DNA of 64,000 bases, from the NCBI GenBank assembly GCA_030390025.1, contig CM059431.1, forward strand, positions 105,774,001 to 105,838,000, in the 5' to 3' direction. Below the pieces are notes generated by a model that was not told the DNA's origin, ran no database searches, and worked only from the letters and a program-made list of their open reading frames with translations. Positions 37,307-48,873 of the stretch are shown here, piece by piece (the first letter of the stretch is position 1; the number at the start of each line of letters is the position of its first letter). A program made the translations under genes and the position numbers. The stretch comes from Squalus acanthias. Lineage: Eukaryota.

Positions 37307-38095
37307 TGTCAGCCGCGGCTCAGTGGGTAGCACCCTTGAGTCCGAAGGTTGTGGGTTCGAGCCCCCACTCCAGAGACTTGAGCACAAAAATCTAGGATGA
37401 CACTCTCAGTACAGTGCTGAGGGAGTGCTGCACTGTCAGAGGTGCCGGCTTTCAGATGAGACGTTAAACCGAGGCCCCGTCTGCTCTCTCAGGTGGAAGT
37501 AAAAGATCCCTTGGCACTATTTCGAAGAAGAGCAGGGGAGTTCTCCCTGGTGTCCTGGGCCAATATCTATCCCTCAATCAACATCACTAAAACAGATTAC
37601 CTGGTCATTATCACATTGCTGTTTGTGCGAGCTTGCTGTGCACAAATTGGCTGCTGCGTTTCCCACATTACAACAGTGACTACACTTTAAAAATTACTTC
37701 ATTGGTTGTAAAGCGCTTTGGGTCATCCGGTGAATCACAGAATCACAGAATCCCCACAGTGCAGATAGAGGCCATTTCGGCCCATCGAGCCTGCACCGAC
37801 ACATATCCCACCCTATCCCCATAACGCCACGTATTTAATCCCCCCCTAACACTAAGGGTCAATTTATCAAAGCCAAATCAACCTAACCCGCACATCTTTG
37901 GACTGTGGGAGGAAACCGGAGCACCCGGAGGAAACCCACGCAGACACGGGGAGAATGTGCAAACTCCACACAGACAGTCATCCGAGGCCGGATTCGAACC
38001 CGGGTCCCTGGCGCTGTGAGGCAACAGTGCTAACCACTATGCCACCGTGTTGCCCCTTGGTCGTGAAAGGCGTTATAGAAATGGAAGTCTTTCTT
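37307..38095 (+). mobile_element. Full-length SacSINE1/DeuSINE-like SINE with an antisense V-SINE in its tail
   Basis: Head gtcagccgcggctcagtggg. The tail resumes at about 38058. Confidence 0.88.
37731..38056 (-). mobile_element. HE1-like V-SINE (short-tail variant)
   Basis: V-domain is present, and the tail ends in (gattctgt)n. Confidence 0.88.
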
Positions 38096-39545
38096 TTTGG
38101 GCAGATAAGATAGTGAAAGAAAAAATAAGATAACAAAGAAGTTTAGGAACTTATGGCAATAATTAGAATGGACGGACATGATGTTTTAGCCTTGACAGAT
38201 ACTTCGTTTCAGCAGAGAAAAGACTTGGAACTAAACATTCAGAGCTGTAACATTTCAGGAGAGATGAATGAAGGATGAAAGGGAGGAGGAGTAGCCTTCT
38301 GAAGGACACAATTACAGCAATAGAAAGGAAGGTTTTTATTGATAGTACTGCTCAGTCGGAGTCTGTCTCAGTTACATTAAGCCTAAGGGGTCTCTTACCT
38401 AGGGCAGACATAAATTATAGGAAGAAATCAAGGATGAGGCTTGTAAGCAATTTTGAGAGGTTTGTGGAAGTAAGTGTTGCAATAACAGGGGATTTCAACT
38501 CTCCGAAGGTAAATTAAGATAAGACAAAAGTTGTGGTTAAAATGAAAGGGGCTTCTTGAATGCAACCTTAATCAGTACGCTGCGTGTTCAACAGGGAAGG
38601 ATGCAGTCCTAGACCGGAATCTAATTAGATTCACATTAAAAATAGGTAAAGGTAAAGGGCCTGAAAATAAGTGGCTCTTCAGTTGACCTCCACTGTAACT
38701 TTGGCAGGAGTGGAGCAGAAGGGCCACGACTAGTTTTGGTGGTTTATTATCTGCGATGGACTGTTGGGGGCCCAGGGGCCTACACCTGCCCCAGACATGG
38801 CCCTCAATATAGGACAGGGTGGGAACTCCCAGCACTGGGAACTCTATTCTAAATGGTAAGATTTGAACAGAGTGGAGAAGCAAAGTGTTCTATGGACGCA
38901 GAGACACAGATCTTCAAAAGATGGGTCTGCTGGTTGAAGAAGCTATAAAAGAGGTAAATGGGATTGTGTCATTTTTTCTCACAGGAGCAGTGAATGTAAA
39001 AACAAGGAAATGGCTTTGAATTTGTACAAGACATGGGTTGGGCCAAAATTGGAGCTTATCGTGCATTTTCAGGTCCAAGTGATGCAGTGCAGATTCACTA
39101 ATGATACTAGGAATGAGAGGTTATAGTTATGAAGAACAGCTCAAATATCTGGGACTCTTTTCACGAGAACAGTGAAGGTAAAGGGGTATCTAATAGAGGC
39201 TATCAAGATGATGAAAGGTTTTGACAGAGTAAATAGTAGAAGCTTGGTTCTATTGCTTGGCAAGTAAGTCAAAAAAAGGGCAGAGGACAGGATTTTCTCA
39301 GGAATTTCCACCTGATTTTAGACAATCTTCTGATGGACAGGGCAGAAAATCAGCCATGACACCAGTTCCAAGCGGATTCCAGGTACTTGCAGGAAGTTTG
39401 CTGGAGGTGACATTTGATGGCAGATAAGCCCACCCTAAGAGTAAATGGGTTGGAGGGGGGCAGAATTTCAAGGGGAGATAAAGAAGTAATCAGGGATGGC
39501 CCTGTCAAGTGATTGACAATTTGGAGGTAGTGACTCCTTTCATGA

Positions 39546-39868
39546 TGGCAGGGGGCACGGTCATGGGTGTGTGAGAGGGAGTTTACTTGCAGCGTATGGT
39601 TGAGTGAGGGTAGAAGGGTACAGAAGTTGGAGAGTAAATAGGAGGATGTGAGTGAAAATGACTGAGGATGAAGAGCTGCTTGCTGCAAAGGCTAAGTGAT
39701 GAAACAAGGAAAGAGATTTCCGTGGCAAAGTCACCAGCAGGGCTGAGGAGAGCAATATTCAATGGGAGCTTTGGAAGAGAGGCAGATCGGGATCCTGTAC
39801 GGTCTAAATATAGAAAATACGCTGCAAATAAACTCCCTCTCACACACCCATGACCGTGCCCCCTGCCA
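39546..39868. repeat. 52-bp inverted repeat around an L2 endonuclease-like fragment
   Basis: 39546-39597 and 39817-39868 are reverse complements with one mismatch. Confidence 0.9.
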
Positions 39869-42029
39869 ACACTGCAAAAATAACTAACACAAATACATCT
39901 AGACAATTGAATTTTGGGTCATTGATTTGGGGTTATTGATTTATAAAAGAATAAAAATTGAATAAAAGAGTCTTATACATAAGGTCCTATGCTAGTTTCA
40001 TTGTGCAAAGACTGAGATTGCCTTGCATAGATCATATCTAAGATCTTTAAAGCTTAAATTGCACTGACAATCAATACAATATGTACTTTTAAAAAATATT
40101 ACCAGGTGAGAATATGCTAATATTTCCTCCGCATGCCCCTGAAATTCCTGATTTCCCTTTTAGAGGAGTTGGATAGGCAAAAATATGAAGAAATGCTCAC
40201 ATCTGTTTGATGGCTGATCTGTACTTCTTGGAAGAGATCCCAGGGAATAGGAGGTTTGGCTGCCTATTTGTCACTTCTACTAGTTAAGAGAACTGCACAC
40301 ATCACTGGAAATGAGTTATAGGCCATCATTTTAATATTGGCTGAATTTTAAGTATGATGTTATGGTCTTTGATTATCTTACAGCCTTGGCTTCAGAAGTT
40401 TAATGGGGTGTTTAATCTGCTTTGGAATCGGTCTTTGATTATTCTAGTCACAGTAAAGCTACTCGAAAGGGAGGGAAAGTCCAGGGGGAATATGTTTTGT
40501 TCAGTACTTGCCCCATTTTATGAAGTAAAATAACGGACTCAGCAGACATTTGTTTGGCATTTTAGTGAAAATGCCAATCTTCTTACCCGCTTGGGTACTC
40601 TCGAATTGGGGTCACCTCAACTGTGTGCTTGCTTTGTTGATGTCACCAGCAACAAACAATGGGGCCTGCAACTTCAAAGGCAACCCGAGAGACAATCGCG
40701 AGCAGCAGGACACTGGGAAACCATGCTACTGGCTAGGAATGAGGACTTCCCAACTGACAGCATGGTATTCTGTGACTTTGGGCCAGTTTGAAACCATGGG
40801 CTGTGCTGTTTTTCATGGAGTCATTCCAGGACAGATGATACTAGCAGAGAGAGAAGTGCAACTCAAAGATTTCCATACAGCTCAGAGAATTGGCATTTTT
40901 ACTGAAACATCAACCAAAAATCTGCCCAGTCTATTATTTCACTCTATTAAAGGAGTACTATGAACAAAAAGTACTTCCTCCAGAATTTCCTTGCTATTTA
41001 AGTCCTAGAAAAAGAACTTTGGGGCTTCCTTGACTCGTTGCAGTCTGAGCGGACTGATCAACCTGTCCAAGATACCTAATGATATGATTTATTATAATAA
41101 AGACTATTTTGATCATTTTGATTATTGTTATTCCTAACCTTGGGCATGTCTTGAGGCTAACCACCAGGCTTATCACGAATGAAAGAGAACGGAAGAGTCA
41201 CTCTAGGCTAGTCTTGTGCACCTCCTGTGGACAGATGACGAACAGTGTTGGCGGAGGCCTGGTTTTTTAGGTGGTCGGCCCACCATATTGGCATAAGGCT
41301 AGAATGTGGCATAGCCGTAGGTTGAAATTCAGGAATAGCGAGGAGCCGAGAATCAAGTATGGTTGCCTTGCGTTGTGGACTGTTAACAGAATGCAACATC
41401 AAAAGTTCAAAGTCTGAAATAGGGAGAGGAACAAAATCTGTTTGTGAATTATTCGGGACGGTATCTGATTGCATAATTTTCATTGATTTGTGTAGCATGA
41501 CAGCATGATGAATAATGTTCTCATTGCATTTCTGTAGGTTATATGTAGCCAATTTTCCATCCCAGTCTCTGATTCACAACCTGTCAGTTTTTTTCTCTAT
41601 CCCACTTGGTAATTTATGTCTTTGCTCTGTCTTTCCTATACCACTTTGTAATCACATCCAGGCTGCTTTTCTCTTTCCCACACTATCATTTACACCTTGG
41701 TTCTGTCCTTCCCTGTGTCATTGATGTTCTGGCTTTTTTTGCACTCTAGCACATGAGATTATTTAATATTACACTGTTTACTGGCATGGAGAAATTATTT
41801 CGTAGAAACCACACTCAGTGGTGGGCAGTGAAAGGCAGACTTGTACGCTTAAAGATAACCTTGTAGAGCAACTGACACATTGGAAAGCTTCTAAATTTAA
41901 AGACCCTACTGGCTGCACAAAGTCCTCCCATGTGGCTGGCCTTACTCATTCTTTGAGTCGGAAGTGGTATTGCTTCCCCGCTATAACCTGCGATTTGGCT
42001 GTCTCCCAAGTACCACATTAAAATGGTAC

Positions 42030-42437
42030 GGTATTTTAAAATTCTCAGCTTCATGTTCAGATCCCTCCATGGCCTCGCCCTCTCCCTATCTCTGTAAGCT
42101 CCTTCAGCCCTACAACCCTCCACGATCTCTGCGCTCCTCCAATTCTGGCCTCTTGAGCATCCCCTATTTTAATCGCTCGACCATTGGCGGCCGTGCCTTC
42201 AGCTGTCTAGACCCTAAGCTTTTCGAATTCCCTCCATAAACCTCTCCGCCTCTCTGCCTCTCTCTCCTCCTTTAAAAGGCTCCTTAAAACCTACCTCTTT
42301 GACCAAGCTTTTGGTCACCGGTCCTAATATCTCCTTATGTGGCTCGGTGTCAACATTTTGTTTGATAATCGCTCCTGTGAAGCGCATTGGGACGTTTTAC
42401 TACGTTAAAAGCACGATATAAATGCAAGTTGTTGTTG
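42030..42437 (+). mobile_element. L2 LINE 3' fragment
   Basis: Same family as 4690-5150. Confidence 0.9.
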
Positions 42438-42872
42438 TATACAGATAAGAAATATGTACTGTATATATTATAGCTTTGGATTAAAGACTAAAAACAAGGC
42501 TAAAGGGTGATTCTTTCCACTAAAATAGTTCTCACAATAACCCAGTAAAGTTTCCGCAGCAGTCTTCATTCAGTCAGAAAGCAATTGAATAGAGTCTATT
42601 GTGCCTCAATGTCATAAAGCAGATGCTTTCGTTCGCTTCAGTAATCAGCACAATGACAGGGAACTCATCACCATCTCTTTTCTTTCGCCCTGTCTTTCCA
42701 AGACTGTCGCTGACAAGAGTTGTGTTTTGATGCGCTCTGCTGCCAGACATCTCACTTGTATCTGCGCCTCAGTAAACTTCCAAACACCAGCAATCTTGGT
42801 GCGCGAAAATTCGGATGGCAGACTTTTATTTAATTTTTTTTTGGTCCTCTCTCTCTCTCCAGACTAAATCCT

Positions 42873-42885
42873 GTCACCTAGCAAC
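42873..42885. promoter_or_regulatory. RFX X-box motif
   Basis: GTCACCTAGCAAC fits the GTNRCC-N-RGYAAC consensus. Confidence 0.45.
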
Positions 42886-43288
42886 CGAAACTGGCAGCGG
42901 TTACCATCTTTCACCGAAGCTATGCTGTCAGTTTCCGGTTGATGGATTTGATCAAAGGTTTTCTATGTGAGGACTACACGTAGGTTACGGTTTAATGAGT
43001 GTTTCCGTGTGGAGGTGAACCAGTCCGTAGCACGCAACACAGCAAAGTCCTGTAACTCTTAGAACAGGCCAGAATTGTGGTACTTAAATAATTTCTGCCC
43101 TTTTACTCTATTTTAGTAAGTAATAGTACCGAATTGACAATCCTATGTAGTTCCTTCTCAATTACAAAATAATTCTGCTCTCCGCTACCGTCAATCACCT
43201 GGCAATGTTGTTCTGGCGTGATACCATTGCATTCTTCATTCAGTGCTGTTTCAGTTCCACTTCTATGTCTGTATTTTTGGATGTCACT

Positions 43289-43328
43289 GCTATCTATCTA
43301 TCTATGTATCTATCTACCTAACTAACTA
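43289..43328 (+). repeat. Imperfect (CTAT)n microsatellite
   Basis: ctatctatctatctatgtatctatctacctaactaacta. Confidence 0.8.
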
Positions 43329-43532
43329 TAAAAAAAACTTTATCTGTCACATTCCAAAGTGTCACACAGGCAAATCAATCCATAATAAAAAAGAGAAAGA
43401 AAGCCAGTCATTTCCTGCTGGTTCTTCTAGTCTAGGGGAGAAGCAAAGGATTTAGAATCAGCTGCTGATTTATGGGTCAAAACCATTACCCTCTAATTGC
43501 CCTCAGGATGTCATTAGGAGTAAATAGGCTCT

Positions 43533-43910
43533 AAGGAACAGGAGGAGGCCATTCAGCCCCTCGAGCCTGTTCCGCCATTCAATTAGATCATGGCTGATCT
43601 ATATCTTAACTCCATCTACCCGTCTTGGTTCCATATCCTGTTATACCCTTGCCGAACAAAAATCTATCAATCTCAGGTTTGAAATTTTCAATTGACCCCC
43701 AGCCTCAATAGCTTTTGGAGGAGGGTGTTCCAGATTTCCACCACCCTTTGTGTGAAGAAGTGCTTCCTGACATCACCCCTTGAATGCCTAGCTCTAATTT
43801 TGAGGTTTCGCTCCCTTGTTCGGGACTCCCCCCACCAGAGGATATGGTTTTTCTCTATCTACCCTATCAACTCCTTTAATCATCTTACACATCTCGATTC
43901 AATCACCCTA
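43533..43910 (-). mobile_element. CR1 3' fragment
   Basis: Same subfamily as 57292-58095 (HFFTQRVVEIWN). Confidence 0.82.
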
Positions 43911-44561
43911 AGAGACCTCAGGACATGACTTTTTACAGCAATTAAAGGGACACTGGCCCATCTTAGCTGTGGAATACTGCATTGAGCGTTACATGATGTA
44001 ATGCTCAGATCCTTATAAAACAGCGCATTCTCCAATTTTCCACGTGAAACACCATCTAGTTACATACGCACAGTATAAAAATATAGGTGGCTTGGAGTGA
44101 CTTGTAACACTGTTATCCTTACGCAGGGTTTAAAGGATACCCCATAAACCACCCAAGCATCACTCGTGCTGTTGGTGACCTCAGTTGAAATTTCAGTCTT
44201 TCATTTCACTGTGCTTTAAATACTTACAAATATATTCTGCATAGAATTCCAACGTTAAACTCCCCCAGTCGCTCAGTCGATAAATGTAGCTGAGCCATAG
44301 AGACTGGGAAGGTCCCCGTTTGATTTCCAGTTTGAACATAGGAACATGACTAGGCCATTCATCCCCTCGAGCCTGTTCCGCCATTCTATGAGATTATGGC
44401 TGATCTGTGACCTAACTCCATATACCCGCCTTTGGCACTTATTATCCCTTATTACCTTTGGTTAACAAAAATCTATCAATCTCAGATTTAAAATTAACAA
44501 CTGACCCAGCATCAACTGCCATTTATGGAGGAGAGTTCCAAACTTCTACCACCCTTTGCGA

Positions 44562-45026
44562 ATAAAAAAAACTTGCATTTATATAGCACCTTTCACGACC
44601 ACCAGAGGTCCCAAAGCGCTTTACAGCCAATGAAGTACTTTTTGAAATGTAGTCACTGTTGTAATGTAGGGAACGCGGCAGCCAATTTGCGCACAGCAAG
44701 CTCCCACAAACAGCAATGTGATAATGACCAGATAAACTGTATTAGATGTTGATTGAGGGATTAATATTGGCCAGGACACCAGGGATAACTCCCCTGCTCT
44801 TCTTCGAAATAGTGCCATAGGATCTTTCACGTCCACCTGAGAGAGCAGACGGGACCTCGGTTTAATGTCTCATCCACAAGACGGCACCTCTGACAGTGCA
44901 GCACTCCCTCAGTACTGCACTGGAGTATCAGCCTCGATTTTTGTGCTCAAGCCTCTGGAGTGGGACTTGAACCCACAACCTTCTGACTCAGAGGCGAGAG
45001 TGCTACCCACTGAGCCACAGCTGACA
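44562..45026 (-). mobile_element. Full-length SacSINE1/DeuSINE-like SINE inserted in a CR1 3' fragment (44335-45075)
   Basis: Complete head, body and tail are present. Confidence 0.9.
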
Positions 45027-45342
45027 ATTGTAAACCACCCTTTGCGTGTAGACCAAACTTCTACCACCCTTTGCGTTGAGTTGGTGGATCTCAACCAGGC
45101 TGGCAGTGCGGACGCTACATTTGACTTCGAACGTGTCTGAGAATGCAATTGCAGCCAAGTGGTATAGATTAGGCATAGCTGGCTGCAAATTGATTCAGTA
45201 GCTACCAGTCTCCGACTTGTATCACACTAGTGTTACATTACAAATTTATTAATTCCCCGACAGTTGCTCTGTCATAAATTCAAGCACTTTTACTAAATTG
45301 AAAAACACAGCCTGCACTATGTTTTCATGTAACTTCATATAT

Positions 45343-45680
45343 TTTTTTTATTCGTTTATGGGATGTGGGCGTCGCTGGCAAAGCCAGCATTGATTGCCCA
45401 TCCCTCGTTGCCCTTGAGAAGGTGGTGGTGAGCCGCCTTCTTGAACCGCTGCAGTCCGTGTGGTGAAGGTGCTCCCACAGTGCTGTTAGGGAGAGAGTTC
45501 GTAGCTGTTAGTTACAACTGAGTGACTTGCTAGGCCATTTCAGAGGGCAGTTAAGAGTCAACCACATTGCTGTGGGTATGGAGTCACATATAGGCCAGAC
45601 CAGGTAAGGACAGCAGATTTCCTTCCCTAAAGGACGTTAGTGAACCAGATGGGTTTTTACGACAATCCAATAGTTTCATA
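45343..45680 (-). mobile_element. Third-family SINE, 3' portion
   Basis: Reverse-complement homolog of about 10010-10300. Confidence 0.8.
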
Positions 45681-46838
45681 TTAAGGTCTGTTCAGCTTCC
45701 TGCAAAGGCTTTGAGCTTTATGTAAATTGTGTAGATTTTATTTTTAACACACCTTTTTAGACTTAACAAAGTATTTTAATGGCTGTTTTTTTAATTAACT
45801 GTGACTTGTGCACAGGCATGCATATGTCAGGTAAGGAGAAGGCCAGCCTTAGCTGTGCTACCCTCCACTTTGATCAGTTCACGGACACTCTCTATCTAGG
45901 CTCACCAATGAAGAATGGCCCTCGGAGCAGGCAAAAGACAATGCAACTGTCGGGGAATTAGAATTTAAACTTTACTTTCACTGCTGACATGATCAAATTA
46001 CAAGGCTGATCTAAGAAGACCAATAATACTCCTTGATTTACACTGAAGCCACGTGGTTTTGACTTTGCATTCCACAAATTGTGCAGTATAACTCAAGTCT
46101 GAAGTTTTGGACCATCTGGGGATTCTGAAATTTCACCTCCTTTTTACATTTCTTTTGTGCTCATCAAGCTGAGGAATGGAGCATTTTCCATTTCAGGCAC
46201 CCAGTGTCTGCACAAAGCACTGAGATCAGATACAACAGAGCCACATGCAGAGTAATGCTCAGTCCTGACCTCAGAAGAGCACCCTCTAATGCATCAGTGG
46301 GGCAAATTTTGAATCTCCCTGATCAGTCATTCTTGGGCCTCCCTGAGTGAGATCTCCAATTAGTGCCAAATTCGGGACGGCTTTGTGTGGTAAAACCCAT
46401 ACCCTCTTGGAACTGGATTGAAAAAGAAAGACTTATATTTCTATAGCGCCTTTTACGACCTCAGACCATCCCAAAGCGCTTTACAGCCAATGAAGTACTT
46501 TTTGAAGTGTAATCACTGTTGTAATGTAGGCGACTGCTCAATTTCATGACTCCTGGACCCTTACAGCTAAATGATTGAAGGTGTTTTATCCCTTCACTCT
46601 GGATTGGATTTGAACCAAATCCCAGCAGTGAAAGGATAACGCCTAACCCACTGTGCGACCCCGTTCCCCAAAAACGTCATTTCTAATCTCTTTACATTTA
46701 TTGTTGCACACATGCGCAGAGGTCTCTTTTTCTTGACTAAACAGCGACATTGAGCTGGCAGTATAGCTTGGGTTTGTTTGTCAGGTATGCATTGTTTTAA
46801 GCAGATACAAATCTCAAACCAGTAGCTGAAGTACAATA

Positions 46839-47066
46839 CAAAAGCAAAACACTGCGGATGTTAGAAATCTGAAATAAAAACAGTAAATGTTGTAAATACT
46901 CGACAGGTCAGGCAGCATCTGTGGAGAAACAGAGTTAATGTTTCAGGTCGATGACCTTTCACCTTTTTCCAGTTCCGATGAAAGGTCACAGACCGGATAC
47001 GTTAACTCTGTTTCTCTCTCCACAGATGCTGCCTGACCTGCGATGTATTGCCTGTTTCTTTGTTAT
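46839..47066. mobile_element. Penelope-derived fold-back element with a degenerate hammerhead
   Basis: Inverted arms are present; the core is mutated to ccgatga...gatacgtt. Confidence 0.8.
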
Positions 47067-47097
47067 ATCTAAAAGTGGAATTGTGCCCCAAGACATA

Positions 47098-47853
47098 GGC
47101 CCAAAAATTCGGCCGAGAACGGGTGAGTACTCAGTGCGTACTCACCCGTATTCGTTCCCGAAGTGCCGGTTTCCTGCATGCACTGCACATGCGCGGGAAA
47201 CTGGCACTTCCGGTATGGCGAAGGGGGCGGTTCCTAGGTGAACTGCGTGCGCACTAGAGGCTGCGCGCACGCAGCGAACTTAGATTTTTTTTCAGGTTTC
47301 AACGCGAGGGTAAGTATGGAAGATTCTACGCAAGTAAAAAAGACCCCTTTTGAACAAGGTAAGTAGTTAATTAAGTATAATTTTAAATTTTTTTCAACAG
47401 GTTTATCTTTTTTAGAGACTTTAAAGAAAGGTAAGTTTATTTTTATAACTTTTAAAAAGTATTTTAATTTTTTCAAAAATTAAAATTTTTGTTTAAAGTG
47501 GTTAATTTATTTAACTATAGTTATTTCATTAATGTGATGGTTTTTAAAAAAAAATTATTTGAGGTTTAGCTGTTCTTTTGGGGCCGATTTCAATTCATAG
47601 ATTTGACAGGTCTCCTGTCAAATCTATGAATGAAAGATGGTCTGCTGCCATTGGCTCTCCATGGCCCACGTGATCCCAGGGGTCGCATCGCACTAACTGC
47701 GCCCCTGGGACACGCACACACTGCTCGCCAGCTCTTGGGAGAGGCCCAGGACCCGAAGTTCCTGTGGGCCCAAAACACAACGGCCGGCGCGGTGGGTGAT
47801 ATCGCGCGCGATCCTTACCCCCGCGGCAAGCCTCCGAATCGAATTTCTAGGCC
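47098..47853. mobile_element. PIF/Harbinger-like MITE with internal hairpins
   Basis: TIR ggcccaaaaattcg / cgaatttctaggcc, with TSD ata (47095-47097, 47854-47856). Confidence 0.82.
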
Positions 47854-48244
47854 ATAGGCTTTAAAACGGAAGGCCCTTGATCGTAGAGAACCCTGAGGTC
47901 ACCAGATCTCGGTCCATCAGATTTCAGAAATTTTCTGCGTGTGTTGGCTTGCTGGACATTATCTTGGTTGCTGTATATTAATGAAACATAATTTCTGCAA
48001 CAATAGCACTGTTTTACTTTGGGAAGTTAACTTAACCTTTTGGAAGTTAGAGCAGGGGATGCTTGAGACTGTGTTTGCAAAGAGTTCTCCATCCACAAGA
48101 GTTTGAGAACCACTTGTCCTCAGGGTTTTGATAGATTTTAATGAGCCATGTCATAAGGCAAAATTGACCTTTATTCATATAGCCATCATGATATCCAACC
48201 CATTACGATGTATTAATATGTTATAGATTAGTATTGATGCTAAG

Positions 48245-48711
48245 TGTCAGCTGTGTCTTAGTGGGTAGCACGCTCGCCTCTGAGTCAGAAGGTTGTGGGT
48301 TCAAGTCCCACGCCAGGGACTTGAGCACATAAAGCTAGGCTGACACACCAGTGCAGTGCTGAGGGAGTGCTGCACTGTCTGGAGGTGCCGTCTTTCAGAT
48401 GAGACATTAAACCGAGGCCCCGTCTGCAGGTGGATGTAAAAGACCCCATGGCACTATTTCGGAGAAGAGCAGGGGGGGGTTATCCCTGGTGTCCTGGGGC
48501 CAATATTTATCCCTCAACCAACATAACAAAAAACAGATTATCTGGTCATTATCACATTGCTGTTTGTGGGAGCTTGCTGTGTGCATATTGGCTGCTGCGT
48601 TTCCTACATTACAACAGTGACTACACTTCAAAAAAAGTACTTCATTTGCTGTAAGGCACTTTGAGACATCCGGTGGTCGTGAAAGACGCTATATAAATGC
48701 AAGTCTTTCTT
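48245..48711 (+). mobile_element. Full-length SacSINE1/DeuSINE-like SINE
   Basis: Head, central domain and tail. Confidence 0.9.
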
Positions 48712-48720
48712 TAACAATAT

Positions 48721-48873
48721 GGCCTAGAAATTCGTCCCGGACGGTGGCGCAAAGGGGCGGTATCGGATCGGCCGCCCGTTATACGCAGTGCCCGAGATTC
48801 AGCTGCATTGACTGCAACAGAACTAAATATCAGACGCTGCGTATCTGATACCGCCCGAGACGTCTTTCTAGCC
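48721..48873. mobile_element. Small MITE
   Basis: Ends ggcctagaaa / tttctagcc, with subterminal inverted repeats gggcggtatcggat / atctgataccgccc. Confidence 0.65.

Larger units (their letters stand above)
36960..39270 (+). mobile_element. Old fragmented CR1 (ORF1 esterase, endonuclease and RT C-terminal remnants) interrupted by SINEs
   Basis: MNAWLDRWCRRE...LYRW..FHLN at about 37013-37130 (ORF1 SGNH-like), ITGDFNSP at about 38480, and RT C-terminal remnants at 38900-39260. Confidence 0.6.

Noticed and set aside
40550..41552. ORFs of 137 aa (+) and 114 aa (-) in apparently unique sequence, with a 10-bp hairpin at 40554-40577
   Set aside because: No recognisable domain, no PCDH9 similarity and no convincing exon structure. 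The lengths are compatible with chance; a translated search would be needed to exclude them fully.
46555..46670. Possible LF-SINE-like or other ancient SINE heads (also about 10340-10440 and 32270-32330)
   Set aside because: They are too short and diverged to assign without a database search.
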